DNA of 64,000 bases, taken from Scenedesmus sp. PABB004 (Eukaryota). Within the stretch, counting starts at the first letter, position 1, and each line of letters starts with the position of its first letter. Shown here piece by piece: positions 24,701 through 36,251 of this stretch. The DNA is taken from the NCBI GenBank assembly GCA_014905635.1, contig JABVCE010000007.1:1302001-1366000 (forward strand), given 5' to 3'. The position numbers were made by a program, and so were the translations under genes. A model generated the notes under the pieces. The model saw only the letters and a program-made list of their open reading frames with translations, made no database searches and was not told the DNA's origin.

Positions 24701-27700
24701 TCCCGCCGCCGCCGCCGCAGCCGGTGCACCGTGACCTGCTGGCGGCCGAGGCGCGCGCGGGCGGCATCGTGTCGCAGCTCTCGCCGCAGTTCATGCCGAG
24801 CGGCGCCGCGGCGCGGCAGCTCCGCCTCAGCCCGCGCCTGCTCGGGCGCCTCACCGGCAACGTGTGGGTCGACGACAGCGCCGGCGGGCGCGTGGACATC
24901 GGGCTGGCGGTCAAGAACGCAAAGCAGGGCCTCTGCGTGCCCTGTGAGCGCGCGGCGGGGGGGCCCGCGCGTGTGCGCATCCACGCCCTCGCCCCGAATG
25001 CCGCCCCCGCCCACGCGGCCGCCGCCGCCGCCGCCGCCGCCGCGCGCGCGCGCGCAGCGCTGTGCCGGCCGCAGGCCGAGGGCGCGGGGTGGCAGTACAG
25101 CCCCGCGCTGGTCGACCTGGTCAAGCAGTACAAGTCCCGCTTCCCAAACATCATCGCCGGCCTCGAGCCCAGCGGCGGCGGCGGCGGCGAGCGCGGCGGC
25201 GGCGGCGGCGGGCGCGGCGGCGAAGGCGGCGGCGACCGCCAGCAGCGCGTGACGTGCGCGGAGCTCTTCCCGGGCGTGCCGCCGGAGCGGCACGACGCGA
25301 AGCTGCAGGAGGTGCGCGGCGGGGCGCGCGCCGCCCCCGCCGCCGCGGCGTGCCCGCCTGCGCGCCGCGCGCGCGCCCCTCTCTCACGCCGCGCGCGCCC
25401 CTCTCTCGCCGCAGGTGCGGCTGTGGCTCAAGGCCCTGCCCAGCTCCAAGCGGCCGCTGGTCGACATGAACGCGCGCGTTGCGAGCGACGCGGCGGTGGA
25501 GCGGCTCGCGATCAGCCTGCCGGGGCTGCTGCCGGTCGGCACGGCGAGCGTGGGTGCGTGGCGCCGCGGCGCGCGCGCGCGCGTCGGGGGCGGGCGCTGC
25601 CGCCCGCCGCGCCCACGCCGCGCCGCCAGCCGCGCGCGCGCCGGCCCACGCGCCGCCGCCGCCGCCGCCCGCCGCCCGCGCGCGCGCAGCGCCCGTGGAC
25701 CTGGAGCAGGTTCAGGCGGGGCTGCTGCTGCCGCCGCACGACCCCGCCGCGCCGGTGTCGGTGCTCGCGGGCGGCACGTTTGAGCCAGGTGACCGCGTGG
25801 TGTGCCTCAAGGGCAGCGGCGGGCCCGCGTTTGGCGCGCGCGGCACCGTCGTGGGCGTCATGCCTGGCAGCGTAGAGCTGCTGATGGACGAGGAGTTTGC
25901 CGGTGCGTGCCGCCGGGCGTTCAGGGGTTCGGGGTCCAGGGCTCACCGCGGGGGGCGCGGCGCGACGTGCCTCGCGCGGGCTGTGACGGCCGGCCGGCCG
26001 CCGCCGCCCGCCCCGCGCGCCGCAGGCGGCAACACGCTCAACGGCCGGCTGCGTGGCCCGCGCGGCGTCTACCTGGCGCCGGAGCAGCTGCTCAACGTGA
26101 GCCGGCACGGCCCCATCCGCGCGCCGGGGCCCAAGCCGCGCGCCGCGCACGCAGCCGCGGCGGCGGCCGCGGCGGCGGCGCGCAACGCGCGCGACGGCGG
26201 CAAGGACGGCGGCGTGGCCAGCCCACGCGCGGCGGTGGCCACGCGCCTGGTGGAGCTCGCGCCCTGGCTCAAGAGCCGCCACGGCGCGGCGGCGCTCGCG
26301 GCGGCGGCGCAGCGGCACCAGGAGGCCGCGGCGGCGGCGGCGGACGAGGCGGAGGCCGCCGCGACGCCGGCGCCGGCGCCCGCGGCCGCCGCGCCCACCT
26401 CGCAGGGTGGGCGCCTGCTGCAGATGCTGCAGCGTGGCGGGCAGCAGCCGCCGCCGCCCGGGGGCAGCTGACGGGGCCGGGCAGCGCCGCGTCGCCGGCG
26501 GCCGCCGCGGCTGCGGCGACCGGGCAGCCGCGCCGCGCGATGCACTCGGCGCTGCTGGCGGCGGCGCAGCAGCCGCCCGCGCACCCCGCGCCCACGGCGG
26601 CGCAGGCGGCTGCGGGCAGCCGCGCGCCGGCCGAGCCGTCGGCGACCGCGGGCCAGTCCCTGCTGCGCAAGCTGCAGCGCGGCAGCAGCAGCGGCGGCGG
26701 CGGCCCGCCCGCGCCAGCGGCGGCGCCGCAGCCGCCGCAGCCGGGGCATGGCGCGCCGCCGCAGGCGATGCAGGGCGCGGCGCCGCAGGCGATGCAGGGC
26801 GCGGCGCTGCTGGCGATGCTGCAGAAGCCTACGGCCGCCCCCGCCGGCGGCCAGCCAGCGGCGTCGGCGGGCGCGCCGCCGCAGGTGGACGTGCGGACGG
26901 TGCCGCGCCCGGGCGCGCGGCAGCAGGCGCCCCCGCCGGCGCAGCAGGCGCCCCCGCCGACGTCGCCGCAGCTGGCGCCCGCTGCTGCGCCGGCGCCGCA
27001 GGCGCCTGCTGCGGCGGCGGTGCCGCAGGAGTCGGGGCTGTGGCAGGTCCGCTCGAAGCTGCAGCAGGCGGCGCCGGGGCCGCCGCCGCGCCCTCGCCGG
27101 CCGCGCCCTCGCCGATCGCGACGGTGACGCCCGGCGGCGGCGTGCGCATGCGCGCGGCCAAGAGCGACGAGACCGGCGAGCGCCCCGCGCCGCGCACGCC
27201 GCCGGCGGGCGCCGGCACGAGCCTGCTCGCGCGCGGCACGCTGGTCGTGCAGGCGCGCCTGCCCGACGGCACGCGCGGCTTCAGCATGGGCCGGGGCCAG
27301 CGCCTCTCCGGCGGCGGCGCGCCCGCCACGCCGCCCGCGCCGGGCGGGCGGCGCAGCGCGCGGCGGCTCGCTGTCGGCGCCCGCCACGCCGCCCGCGGCG
27401 CCCAGCCCCGGCCCCAGCGGCGGCGGCGCCAACGGCGTGAGCGGCAACGGCCTCGCCGCGGCGCAGGCCGGCATCGCAGCGCTGGCGCTGCCGCCCAGCG
27501 CGGCGGCGGCCGGCGCTGCGCCCGCCGCCGGCGGCCAGGCGGGCTCTGGGCAGGCGCTGATGGCGCTGCTGCAGCGAGGTGCGCCGGCCGCCGGCCGCGG
27601 CGTCGCGCGTGCGCGCCCTCGCTCCCGCGGCGGCCGATGTCGCTGCGCCGCCCGCCGCCGCCGCCGCCCGCAGGCGCCTCCAAGGGCCCCCTGTTTGCTG

Positions 27701-27935
27701 CCGCGCCCCAGCAGCCGCAGGCGCTGCCGCACGTGCAGGCGCCGGCGCCGCTGGTCCTGCCCGTGGCGCCGATGCAGATGCCCGGCGCGCCGGTGCAGAT
27801 GCCCGGCGCGGCGCCGCTGGCGCCGGCGCCGGCGCCAGTGCCGCGGCGGCGGCCGCGCCTCAGCAGCAGCCGCCCGCGGGCGGCAGCGCCGCCAGCAACC
27901 TGCTGCGCCGGCTGCAGCGGCAGCAGCCGCAGTAG
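18445..27935 (+). CDS. XRN1: 5'-3' exoribonuclease 1, about 25 exons; the C-terminal tail after 26460 needs about 4 frame corrections (first in-frame stop at 26471)
   Basis: [137 protein letters not shown]1-specific C-terminal domains follow ([19 protein letters not shown]3-like FEPGDRVV...FGARGTVVG). Confidence 0.95.
20067..20177 (+). repeat. G-rich minisatellite, about 27-bp unit GCGCACAAG6AG6AG5 x4, in XRN1 intron 7
   Basis: Four GCGCACAAGGGGG units preceded by a long G run, read directly. Confidence 0.9.
20282..20422 (+). repeat. (CCCA)n microsatellite in XRN1 intron 7
   Basis: Long imperfect CCCA array read directly. Confidence 0.9.
23420..23502 (+). repeat. About 21-bp tandem repeat (CGGCCTCCCTCGCCGCCGCC..) x4 in an XRN1 intron
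   Basis: Four copies of GGCCTCCCTCGCC read directly. Confidence 0.8.
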
Positions 27936-28665
27936 GCGCACGGGCGGCTCGGACGGCGACGGTGGGGGACCGGGCGTGTGGGTGTGCGGCGCCGCGTGCT
28001 CCAGCGCGCGCGCTGTGCGCGCGCCGCGCGTGGGATGTTGACGGTCAACTGGTGGTTGCTCGCCCGGCGCGCGGCGGCGGCGCGCGGCGGCGCGCGGCGG
28101 CCGGGCACACAGCGCAGCGCGGGCGCGGCCGCGCGGCCGCGGCGCGGAGGCTGTGCTTGCTCCCGCCGCGGCGCCTCGCCACGCAGTCTCGGCCGCGTCG
28201 GTGGCCTTAGGGGGCCGCGGTGCCGGAAGCCTGGGTGGGCGCGGGCCCGCCTGGGCGCGGACTGGTAGCAGCCCGCAGGTGGCGACCGCGCAGCGTGGCG
28301 CGCGCGTCGGGCCGTCGCGGGGATGGGCTGCCACCGTCGCGTGCGGCCCAGGCGCAGCTGTCTCTTTGCACGCGACCGGGTTTTGGCTGCTCGGCTGCCG
28401 CTCGCTGCTGCGCCGCCGCAGGCGGCGCGTGGAGTCGTGGACCGGGCAATTCGCTGGCTGGGAGCTCGGGGCGGACCGCTCACTCGGCCCGCGCGCAGCC
28501 GCAGCAGCAGCGTCGCCGCAAGCGGCGCGCTCACCTCGACAGCAGCAGAGTCTCGGCGCGGCCGCACAGATCCCCTGCCGGCAGTCCGACCGCGCGGCGC
28601 CGCGGCGGCGCAGCGGCGCAGCACAGCCCGGCCCATCGGTGGGCGCGCAGTCACCGGGCGCCGCC

Positions 28666-31600
28666 ATGTCCGCTGAGGCGCCGCGCGAGGAGGCCCCGCC
28701 GCCCGAGCCGGCGCCCGCCGCGGCGGTGGAGGGCCCGCCGGCGGAGCCGCCAGCAAAGGTGCGCGGGGGGGCGGCAGCGATGGCCGGCCCCCGCAGATTG
28801 CGGGCCGCCCTGGCGCCGCGCGCCGCCCTGGCTGACGGCCCGATTGCCGCAGGTCCCGGAGGTGCCCCAGCCGCCGCCCCTGCGCAGCGGCTGGAGCCAG
28901 GTTGTGAAGGGCAAGGCGATGGCTGCCGAGACGTCCGCCGGCGCGCAGGGCGGCGCGGCGCCGGCCGGCGCCGGCGCAGACAGGCCGGAGCGCGTTGAGG
29001 CAGAGCCCAAGCCGCGCGCGCCGCCGCCATCGCGGCCGGGCGCGAAGCAGGGCGAGGCGCGCAAGGCCGCCAGCCCGGGGCCCAGCAGCAGCAGCGAGCC
29101 TGCGGCGCGCCCCGCGCAGCAGGAGCCGCCCCGCGCGCCCAGGAGCCCCGTGGCGCAGGCTGAGGCCGCCCCGGGCAAGGCCGCCGCTGCAGCCGCAGCG
29201 GCTAAGGAGAGCAGCGGCGGCGCCGCCGACGCGCCGCCGGCAGCAGCGCCGGCGCCGGCGGCTGCCGCGCCCGCGGCGCCCACCGGCGACGAGCCCGGCC
29301 GCAGCAGCCCCGCGCCCGCGGCGCCGGCGGGCGAGGAGGGCGCGGCGGCCAAGGAGGCCAAGGAGTCGACCCAGGCCGAGGGCGAGGCGGCCAAGCCGGC
29401 GCCGCCCAAGGTGCGCGCGGAGGGGCCGCGGGCCCGCCGCGCCGCGGGCCGGTCGCGCCGCGGGCCGGGGGCCGACGTCGCTGCACGCGCCCCGGCCGCC
29501 TGCGCTCGCAGGACCCGCCCAAGCCGGCCAAGCCCGCGTGGGGCAAGGTGGGCGCCGGCGCTGCTGCTGCCGCGCGCTGCGCCGCGCCGCGGCGCCCGGC
29601 TCGCGCCGGCCCCGCGCGCCGGCCGGCGCGCAGCGCGGCAGGCCGGGCCGCCGACAAGCGCCCGCCCCGCCGCGCGCAGCCGCTGCACGTGACGCCGCCG
29701 GCGCCGGCGGAGGCCGACACGCGCACCTGGCCGACGCTGGGCGACAGCAAGGACGCGCCAAAGAAGAAGAAGGCGCCCGAGGCGACCACGCCCGGCAGCA
29801 CCGGCGGCGGCGCGGCCAAGGTGCGGCGCGCCGTGCGCGCGCGGCTCGGCGCCGCCCTCCTCGCCGCGGCGCCGCACGTCGCCGCGCGCGCGCGCGCCCG
29901 CCGACGCGCGCCGCCGCCGGCTGCGCGCCGCGCGCCGCGCGCAGGACGGCGGCTCCAGCTCTGGCGGCGGCTCTGGCAGCGGCGGCAAGGAGAAGAAGCG
30001 GGTCGTGGCCAAGGTGCACCTCGCCCAGCTGGCGCCAGAGTCGTACGCCAGCAAGGAGCGCGAGCGCGAGCGCGAGCACGGCGGCGGCCGCGGTGGCCGC
30101 GGCGCCGGCGAGCGCGGCGGCTACAGCGGCAGCGGCCGCGGCGGCGGCCGCGGCGGCGAGCGCCCCGAGCGCCCCGAGCGCGCCGAGCGCGCCGAGCGCG
30201 CCGAGCGTGCGCCGCCGGCGGCCGCCGCGGGCGCCGGCGCCAGCGCGGGCGCGGCGGCGGGCGGCGCGGGCGGCGCCAGCGCGACCAGCAACCCGCGCTA
30301 CGGCACCAGCGCTGATGCGGCCAAGTGGACGAGCGCCGCGGCCGCAGCTGCAGCAGCAGCTGCCGCCAGCAACGCCGCGGGCGGCAGCGGCGCCGCGGCG
30401 GGCGGCGGCGCTGCGGCCGCGCCGCCGCCGCCGCCCCCGGCGTCCAGCGGCGGCGGGCACGGCGGCGCGCCCGCGCCGCCGCGCGCGCCGCGCAGCGCCG
30501 ACGGCGCCGACGGCCACGCCGGCGGCTACGGCGGCCGTGGCAGCGGCTACGGCGGCCGCGGCGAGCGCGGGCGCGGCGCGCGCGGCGGCGGCGCCGCGCG
30601 CGGCGCGGCCGCGGTGCCGCCGCCGGCGGCGCCGGCGCGCCGGGCGGCGGCGCCTACGGCGGCCGCGGCGGCGCCGCGGCGGCTGCGGCCGCCGCCGCCG
30701 CGGCAGCTGCGCCGCCGCCGAGCGCGGCGGCCGCGACGGGCGGCTACTACTACCTGCCCAGCGGGCAGGTCATGTTCTACCCGCCGCCCGCGGTGCTGCC
30801 CAACGCGGTCTCGCCCGACGCGCTCAAGGAGAGCGTGCGGCGGCAGATCGACTACTATTTCGGCGCGGACAACCTCGGCCGCGACTTTTTCCTGCGCGGC
30901 AAGATGGACGCGGAGGGCTGGATCGGCGTCGGGCTCGTCGCGGGGTTCAACCGCGTGCGCATGCTCACGCCCGACGTCGGCGTGATCCTGGAGAGCCTGA
31001 CCGACAGCGACGTCGTCGAGCTGAGCGCCGACGGCGGCCGCCTGCGCCCGCGCGACAACCCCGCGCAGTGGGTGCTGCCCGGCGCGGCGCCCGCCGCGCC
31101 GCCGGCCGCGGCCGCGCCGGCGGCGCCGCCGGCCAAGGCCGCCGCGGCCGCGGAGAAGAAGGCCGGCGGCGGCGCGGCGGCGCAGCCGCCGCCGCCGCCG
31201 CACGGCGACAAGCCGGCCAAGGGCGCCGCGGCGGCGCCGCACAACGGCCCCGTGGCCGCCGCTGCCGCCGCCGCTGCTGGGGACGCGGGCGACGCCACGC
31301 CCGCCAAGGCGCCCAAGCCGGCCGGCGAGGCCGCTGCGGAGCCGCCCTCGCCCGCGACGCCGGCGACGCCCGCCGTGACCGCGGCGCCGTCGGCCGCTGC
31401 GGCAGCCGCGGCCGCCGCCGCGGCCGCCGCTGGCGCCGCCGCGGCCGCGGCCGCGCCGGCGCGCAAGGAGGCGCACGGCGACGACGACAGCAGCGACCTG
31501 GACGAGGAGGAGGAGGACCTGTTCGAAATGGACGAGGACAGGTGGGCCCGTCGTCCTGCAAGCCGCCACCAGCAGCAGCAGCGGCAGCGCGCGCGCGCCG

Positions 31601-33738
31601 CAGCTGTGCCGCCGCCCGCGCCCCTCGCGCCTGCCCCGCGCCCCGCCTGCCCCGCGCGCCCCGCCGCCTCACGCGCCCCGTCGCCCGCGCCACGCGTCGC
31701 CGCGCAGGGCGCGCGCGGACGCGGAGCACCCGGCCAACGACATGACCGACCGCGAGGTCGACAAGCTCATCGTCGTCACGAGCGCCAAGAAGGGCGCCCG
31801 CCCCGCCGCGCTCGACCACGCGCTCATCAACGACGGCCTCGCCCTCTACCAGGAGCAGCTCAGCGAGGTGAGCCCGTTGGGCTGAGCTGGGCTGGGCTAA
31901 GCGCCGAACCGAGCGCCGAGCAGCGCCCGGCGCGCGCCGCCGCGCGCGCGCCGAGCCCCGCCCGCCCCCGCCCGCGCGCGCGCGCGCGTGCGCGCGCCGC
32001 AGGGCCGCGCCAAGCCTGGCCGCCGCGGCGAGCACGGCGGCGCGCTGGACCGCCACGGCGGCCCGCACGCGGCGGCCGCGGCGCAGCAGCAGGGCCGCCC
32101 GCCGCGCGGGCCGCTCGGCGCGGGCCCGCGCCACGGCTTCTATGGCAGCAGCCTCGGCAAGAGCTACACGCGCCCCAGCGGCGGCTGGCGCGGCGCCGGG
32201 CCGCGCAGGGCGCGTTTGGCGAGTCGCCGCCGTCGCACCACGTTGGCTGGCTCATGGGCGCGACGCCGCCGGAGGTCAACGGCCTCTACGGCACCAGCCC
32301 CCTCTACGGCTCCGCCGGCAGCGGCGGCGCGGGCAGCGCGAAGCGCGGCGGCGCGAGCCTCGGCGCGTCGCCGCGCGGCCCGCACTCGGTGGGGCAGCCC
32401 GGCTCGCACGGCTCGCACGGCGGCTCGCACGGCGGCCCGCACGGGCACCCGGGGAGCAGCTTTGGCCTCGGCACGAGCGCGCCGCTCGCCAAGTTCCAGC
32501 ACCCCAGCCACGCGCTGCTGGAGAACCACGGCTTCAAGCAGATCGTCTACAAAAAGTACTACAAGCGGTGCCTCGAGGAGCGCGCGCAGAAGGGTGCGCG
32601 CGCCGCGCCGCAGCCGCGCGCCCGCGCTCGCTGCCGCCGCGCAGCGCCCGCCCCGCCGCGCGCGCCCCCTCCTGCGCTCCCTCGCCCCCTCCTGCGCTCC
32701 CTGGCCCCCTCCTCCTCCATCACGCACCGCCGCCGCTGTGCCCCCCCCCCCCCCCCCTTCCTCCACCACCGCCAGGCATCGGGCAGAGCGAGGAGATGAA
32801 CACGCTCTTCCGCTTCTGGTGCTACTTCCTGCGCGACAACTTCAACGACCGCATGTACAACGACTTCAAGCGCTACGCCGACGAGGACGCGGGCGCCGAG
32901 TACATGTACGGCATGGAGTGCCTCTTCCGCTTCTACTCGTACGGCCTCGAGAACAAGTTCAGGGCCGACCTGTACAAGGACTTTGAGGCGCTCGTGCTCA
33001 AGGACTACATGAACTACAACAGCCTCTACGGCCTCGAGAAGTTCTGGGCGTTCCACCACTACAGGTGCGGCGCGCGCGGGCGGGCGGGCGGGCGGGCGGG
33101 CCGGGCGGGCGGGCTGGGCGGGCGGGCCGGGCGCGGCAGCCGCGGCCGGCGCGGCGCGGCGCGGCTCACGCCCCCGCCGCGCCCACGCCCGCGCCCGCGC
33201 CCGCGCCCCGTCGCCGCCGCGCAGCGGGCTGCCCGCGGACAGCGGCATCGAGCTGGAGCCGGCGCTCAAGGAGCTGCTGGAGGGGCCGTTCAAAAACCTC
33301 GACTGCTTCAGGGAGGAGCAGGCCAAGCGCCGCGCCGCGCTGGACGCCGCAGCGGCGGCCAAGGCTCAGAAGCAGCAGCAGCACGGGCACGGCCACGGGC
33401 ACGGCCACGGGCATGGCCACGGGCACGGCCACGGGCACGGCCACGCGCCGCAGCAGCAGCAGCAGCAGCAGCAGCCGCACCGGCAGCAGCAGGCGCCGCA
33501 CCACGCGCCTGCCGCGGACAAGCAGACGGCGGCGGCGGCGCAGCAGGCGGCCGGCGGCGCAGAGGCGCAGCAGGCGGGCGCGGAGAAGCAGCAGCAGCAG
33601 GAGCAGCAGCAGCAGGAGCAGCAGCAGCAGCAGCGAGCCAAGCCGGCGAGCGACGCAGCGGATGGCAAGCAGCACAGCTCAACCAACGGCCTCGCCGCGG
33701 CCGCTGCGGTGAAGGAGGCCGGCGTCGCCGCGAGCTGA
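28666..33738 (+). CDS. LARP1: La-related protein 1 (La motif + DM15), multi-exon, with apparent indels near 30600 and 32200
   Basis: La motif [51 protein letters not shown]15 region [30 protein letters not shown]...[24 protein letters not shown]...[15 protein letters not shown]...[13 protein letters not shown]. Confidence 0.93.
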
Positions 33739-34674
33739 GGCGGCGGCGGCGCCGCGCGCCCGCCCGGCGGCGCGGCGGCGGCTGCACATTGCAGCGCCCC
33801 CGCGGGCGCGCGGCGCAGCCCGGCGGCAGCACGAGGCGCGCGGCGGCGGCCACAGCGGCGGCTGGCGCTTGTGTACAATTGGCGCTGCACAGGCCTGCGG
33901 GCTGGGAGGGGCGCGGCGCACTGTCGCTTCCGCTCTTTTGCGGCCGGGTGGCGAGCTGGCGCGCCGCGCGCCCGCGCCCGCGCGCGGGCTCGGGTGTTTG
34001 CCGAGCGCTGGGCCACAGTTGCGGAGCAGTTTTGCGCACTGGTGCGTGGCGGCGGCGCGGCCGCAGCGCGGCTGGGCCTCGGCGGAGGCACTGTGCTGTG
34101 CCGCAGGCGCGACGGGCGCGGCACGGGGCTGCCGGCGCGGCCGCGCGGCGCGGCGGTCGGGCGGGGCTCGCGGCTGGGGGGCGGGGCTCGGGGGGGCTGG
34201 CGCCACCGCGCGGCAGCAGCTGCACAAAGGGGCATCGACAACAGACCCACGCCGAGGCGTGCACTGGTGTGACCTGAGCAGCAGCAGCGGGCGGGCGATG
34301 AACAAACCAGGGGTGGGGAGCCGCGAGACGTGGCGCGGAGCCCCGCCCCGCCAAAAAAAGGCGGGGTCTAGTGGAGAGACTTGATTAAGCGCCGCAGCAG
34401 CGTCGGTCGTGGGGGCTTGCGCGGCCCCGCGCGCGCGGCGCGGCACGGGGCGGCGGCGGCGGCGGCGCACGAGCGCGCGCCGCTGGCTGCGGCGGCTGTA
34501 GGTTCAGATTGCTGGCGGCGAGCACACTTTCGTGGTGCGGCGATGACGCGGGAGCGGGCGGCGACGCGGGGCAGGTCAGGCGGAGGGCAACAAGCAACCG
34601 CGCGAGTTGGTAAGCGTGGGCTGGCCGATCGGTCGTCTGTGTTACTCGCCCCGCCCACGCACGCGCGCGCGCGC

Positions 34675-35718
34675 TCAGTACGGCTGGAACCGGCCCTGCG
34701 CGCGCAGCCGCCGCGTCGCGGCGTCGTCCGGGCGCTCGCCGCCGCCGCCGGCGGGCAGGATGCCGGCCGCGATCGCGGCGCGCGTGGACGCCTGCTGCGC
34801 CGCCGCCGCGGCGGCCTTGCTGCCGCCGCCGGCAAAGGCCTGCATGACCACCATCGCCCGCCCCGCGGTCAGCGGGCCCTTGGCCGGCAGCTTCATGCCG
34901 TCGGCAAAGCGCAGCAGGCCCTTGCCGTCAGACACGCTCCACCCGCCGCCGCCGGCGTCCTTCACGCTCATGCCCAGCGGCGCGAGCGCGGCGTTGAGCG
35001 CGGCGAGCGCGGGCGCGCCGCGGTCGCCGCCCGCGTCGAGCGTCACGTCGCCGCCGGGGCCGACCTGCGGGGCGGGGGCGGGGGCGCGGCGGCGTGTGGG
35101 GGGTCGCGCCGCCGCGGGCGCTGGCGCCGGCGCCGCCGACCCGCGGCTCGCCCGCCGCCGCGCTGCCCCGCGCCCGCCCGGCGCCGCCGCGTCCCCACCT
35201 TGACGATGTCGGCGCCCTTGTGGCTCACCACCACCAGCCCCGTGGCCGCGTCGAGCTTGCACGACACCTTGACCGCGGGCGCGGCGGGCCTGGCCGCCGC
35301 CGCCGCGGCGGGCGGCGGGCCGCGGCGCTGCGGGCCGCCGGCGTAGCCGCCGTAGCCCTGCTGCTGCTGCTGCTGCTGCAGCTGCTGCTGGCCCCAGCCC
35401 GGCGCCGCCTGCTGGCCCCAGTCCGGCTGCTGCTGGGGCACGGGCCCGCCAAGGCGCGCAAACACGCTGCCGCGCTGCTGCTGGGGCGCCGCGCCCCAGC
35501 CGCCGCTGCCCCACGCCTGCTGCTGCGGCATCGCCGCGCCGTGGTGCGGCCCGGGCCGCCCCCGCCCCAGCCACCACCGCCGCCGCCGCCCGGGGGCCGC
35601 CGCGGCCGTGGCCGCCGCCGCCGCCGCGCTGCTGCGGCTTCGGGCGGCGCTGCTTCTCGCGGCGCGCCAGCTCTTCCAGGCTCATGTCCAGCTTCTTGTC
35701 CACGTCGTCGCCGGCCAT
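34675..35718 (-). CDS. Putative nuclear RNA-binding protein with N-terminal UAP56-binding-like motif; one intron (about 35065-35198) and apparent indels near 35545-35595
   Basis: MAGDDVDKKLDMSLEELARREK resembles the ALY/REF-type UBM LDMSLDDI. It is followed by RGG/Gln-rich sequence, SVFARLG, a globular segment and C-terminal RAQGRFQPY*. Confidence 0.65.
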   Translation of the reverse strand: MAGDDVDKKLDMSLEELARREKQRRPKPQQRGGGGGHGRGGPRAAAAVVAGAGAARAAPRRGDAAAAGVGQRRLGRGAPAAARQRVCAPWRARAPAAAGLGPAGGAGLGPAAAAAAAAAAGLRRLRRRPAAPRPAARRGGGGQARRARGQGVVQARRGHGAGGGEPQGRRHRQGGDAAAPGGRGAARRRASRGSAAPAPAPAAARPPTRRRAPAPAPQVGPGGDVTLDAGGDRGAPALAALNAALAPLGMSVKDAGGGGWSVSDGKGLLRFADGMKLPAKGPLTAGRAMVVMQAFAGGGSKAAAAAAQQASTRAAIAAGILPAGGGGERPDDAATRRLRAQGRFQPY

Positions 35719-36251
35719 CGTGGGCTGGCGGCGACGGGAGGGCGCGTCTGGCGCCGCTGCTGCCGAGCACCTGCGCGCTCGCGGGGCGTGTGAGTGCGCT
35801 ACAGGCAGTGATCGGTCCCCTGCGTTTCGTGTCACAGCGGCGGCCGCGGGGCTGTGCGCGCAGGTGCAGGCGGGCGACGCATCGCGGCGGGCGCAGCCCT
35901 CGCGCCGAGCCCTCAGGGGTTAGGCCTCCCGTCCCCCCGGCGTCCCTGCTACACCGTGATCCAGGCCATTCCCGTGACCGCCGCGCACGCCAAAGGTGCC
36001 CCCGCAGCGCGCCTGGCGCCCGGGAGCAGCAGCAGCACCTCTCGGTGGCAGCTTGTTCCGACCGGTCGGTCCACGCGCCGCAGCAGGTGCGGCCGCAGCA
36101 TCAGGTGCGGCGGCTCGGCACGCGGGGTGCGGCCGGCGGCGGGCGGCGGGCGGCCGCTGCCGGCCGTCGGCGGCGAGCGCCCGCCGCCGCGCCGCTGCGC
36201 GCAGGCGCGTGAGCGCGGGCCGCCCGCGGCGGCGCCGCCGCCGGCGACGCG

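Noticed and set aside
26469..26471. In-frame TGA in XRN1 as selenocysteine or stop readthrough
   Set aside because: Coding sense continues in a different frame, so this is an indel-type break, not readthrough.
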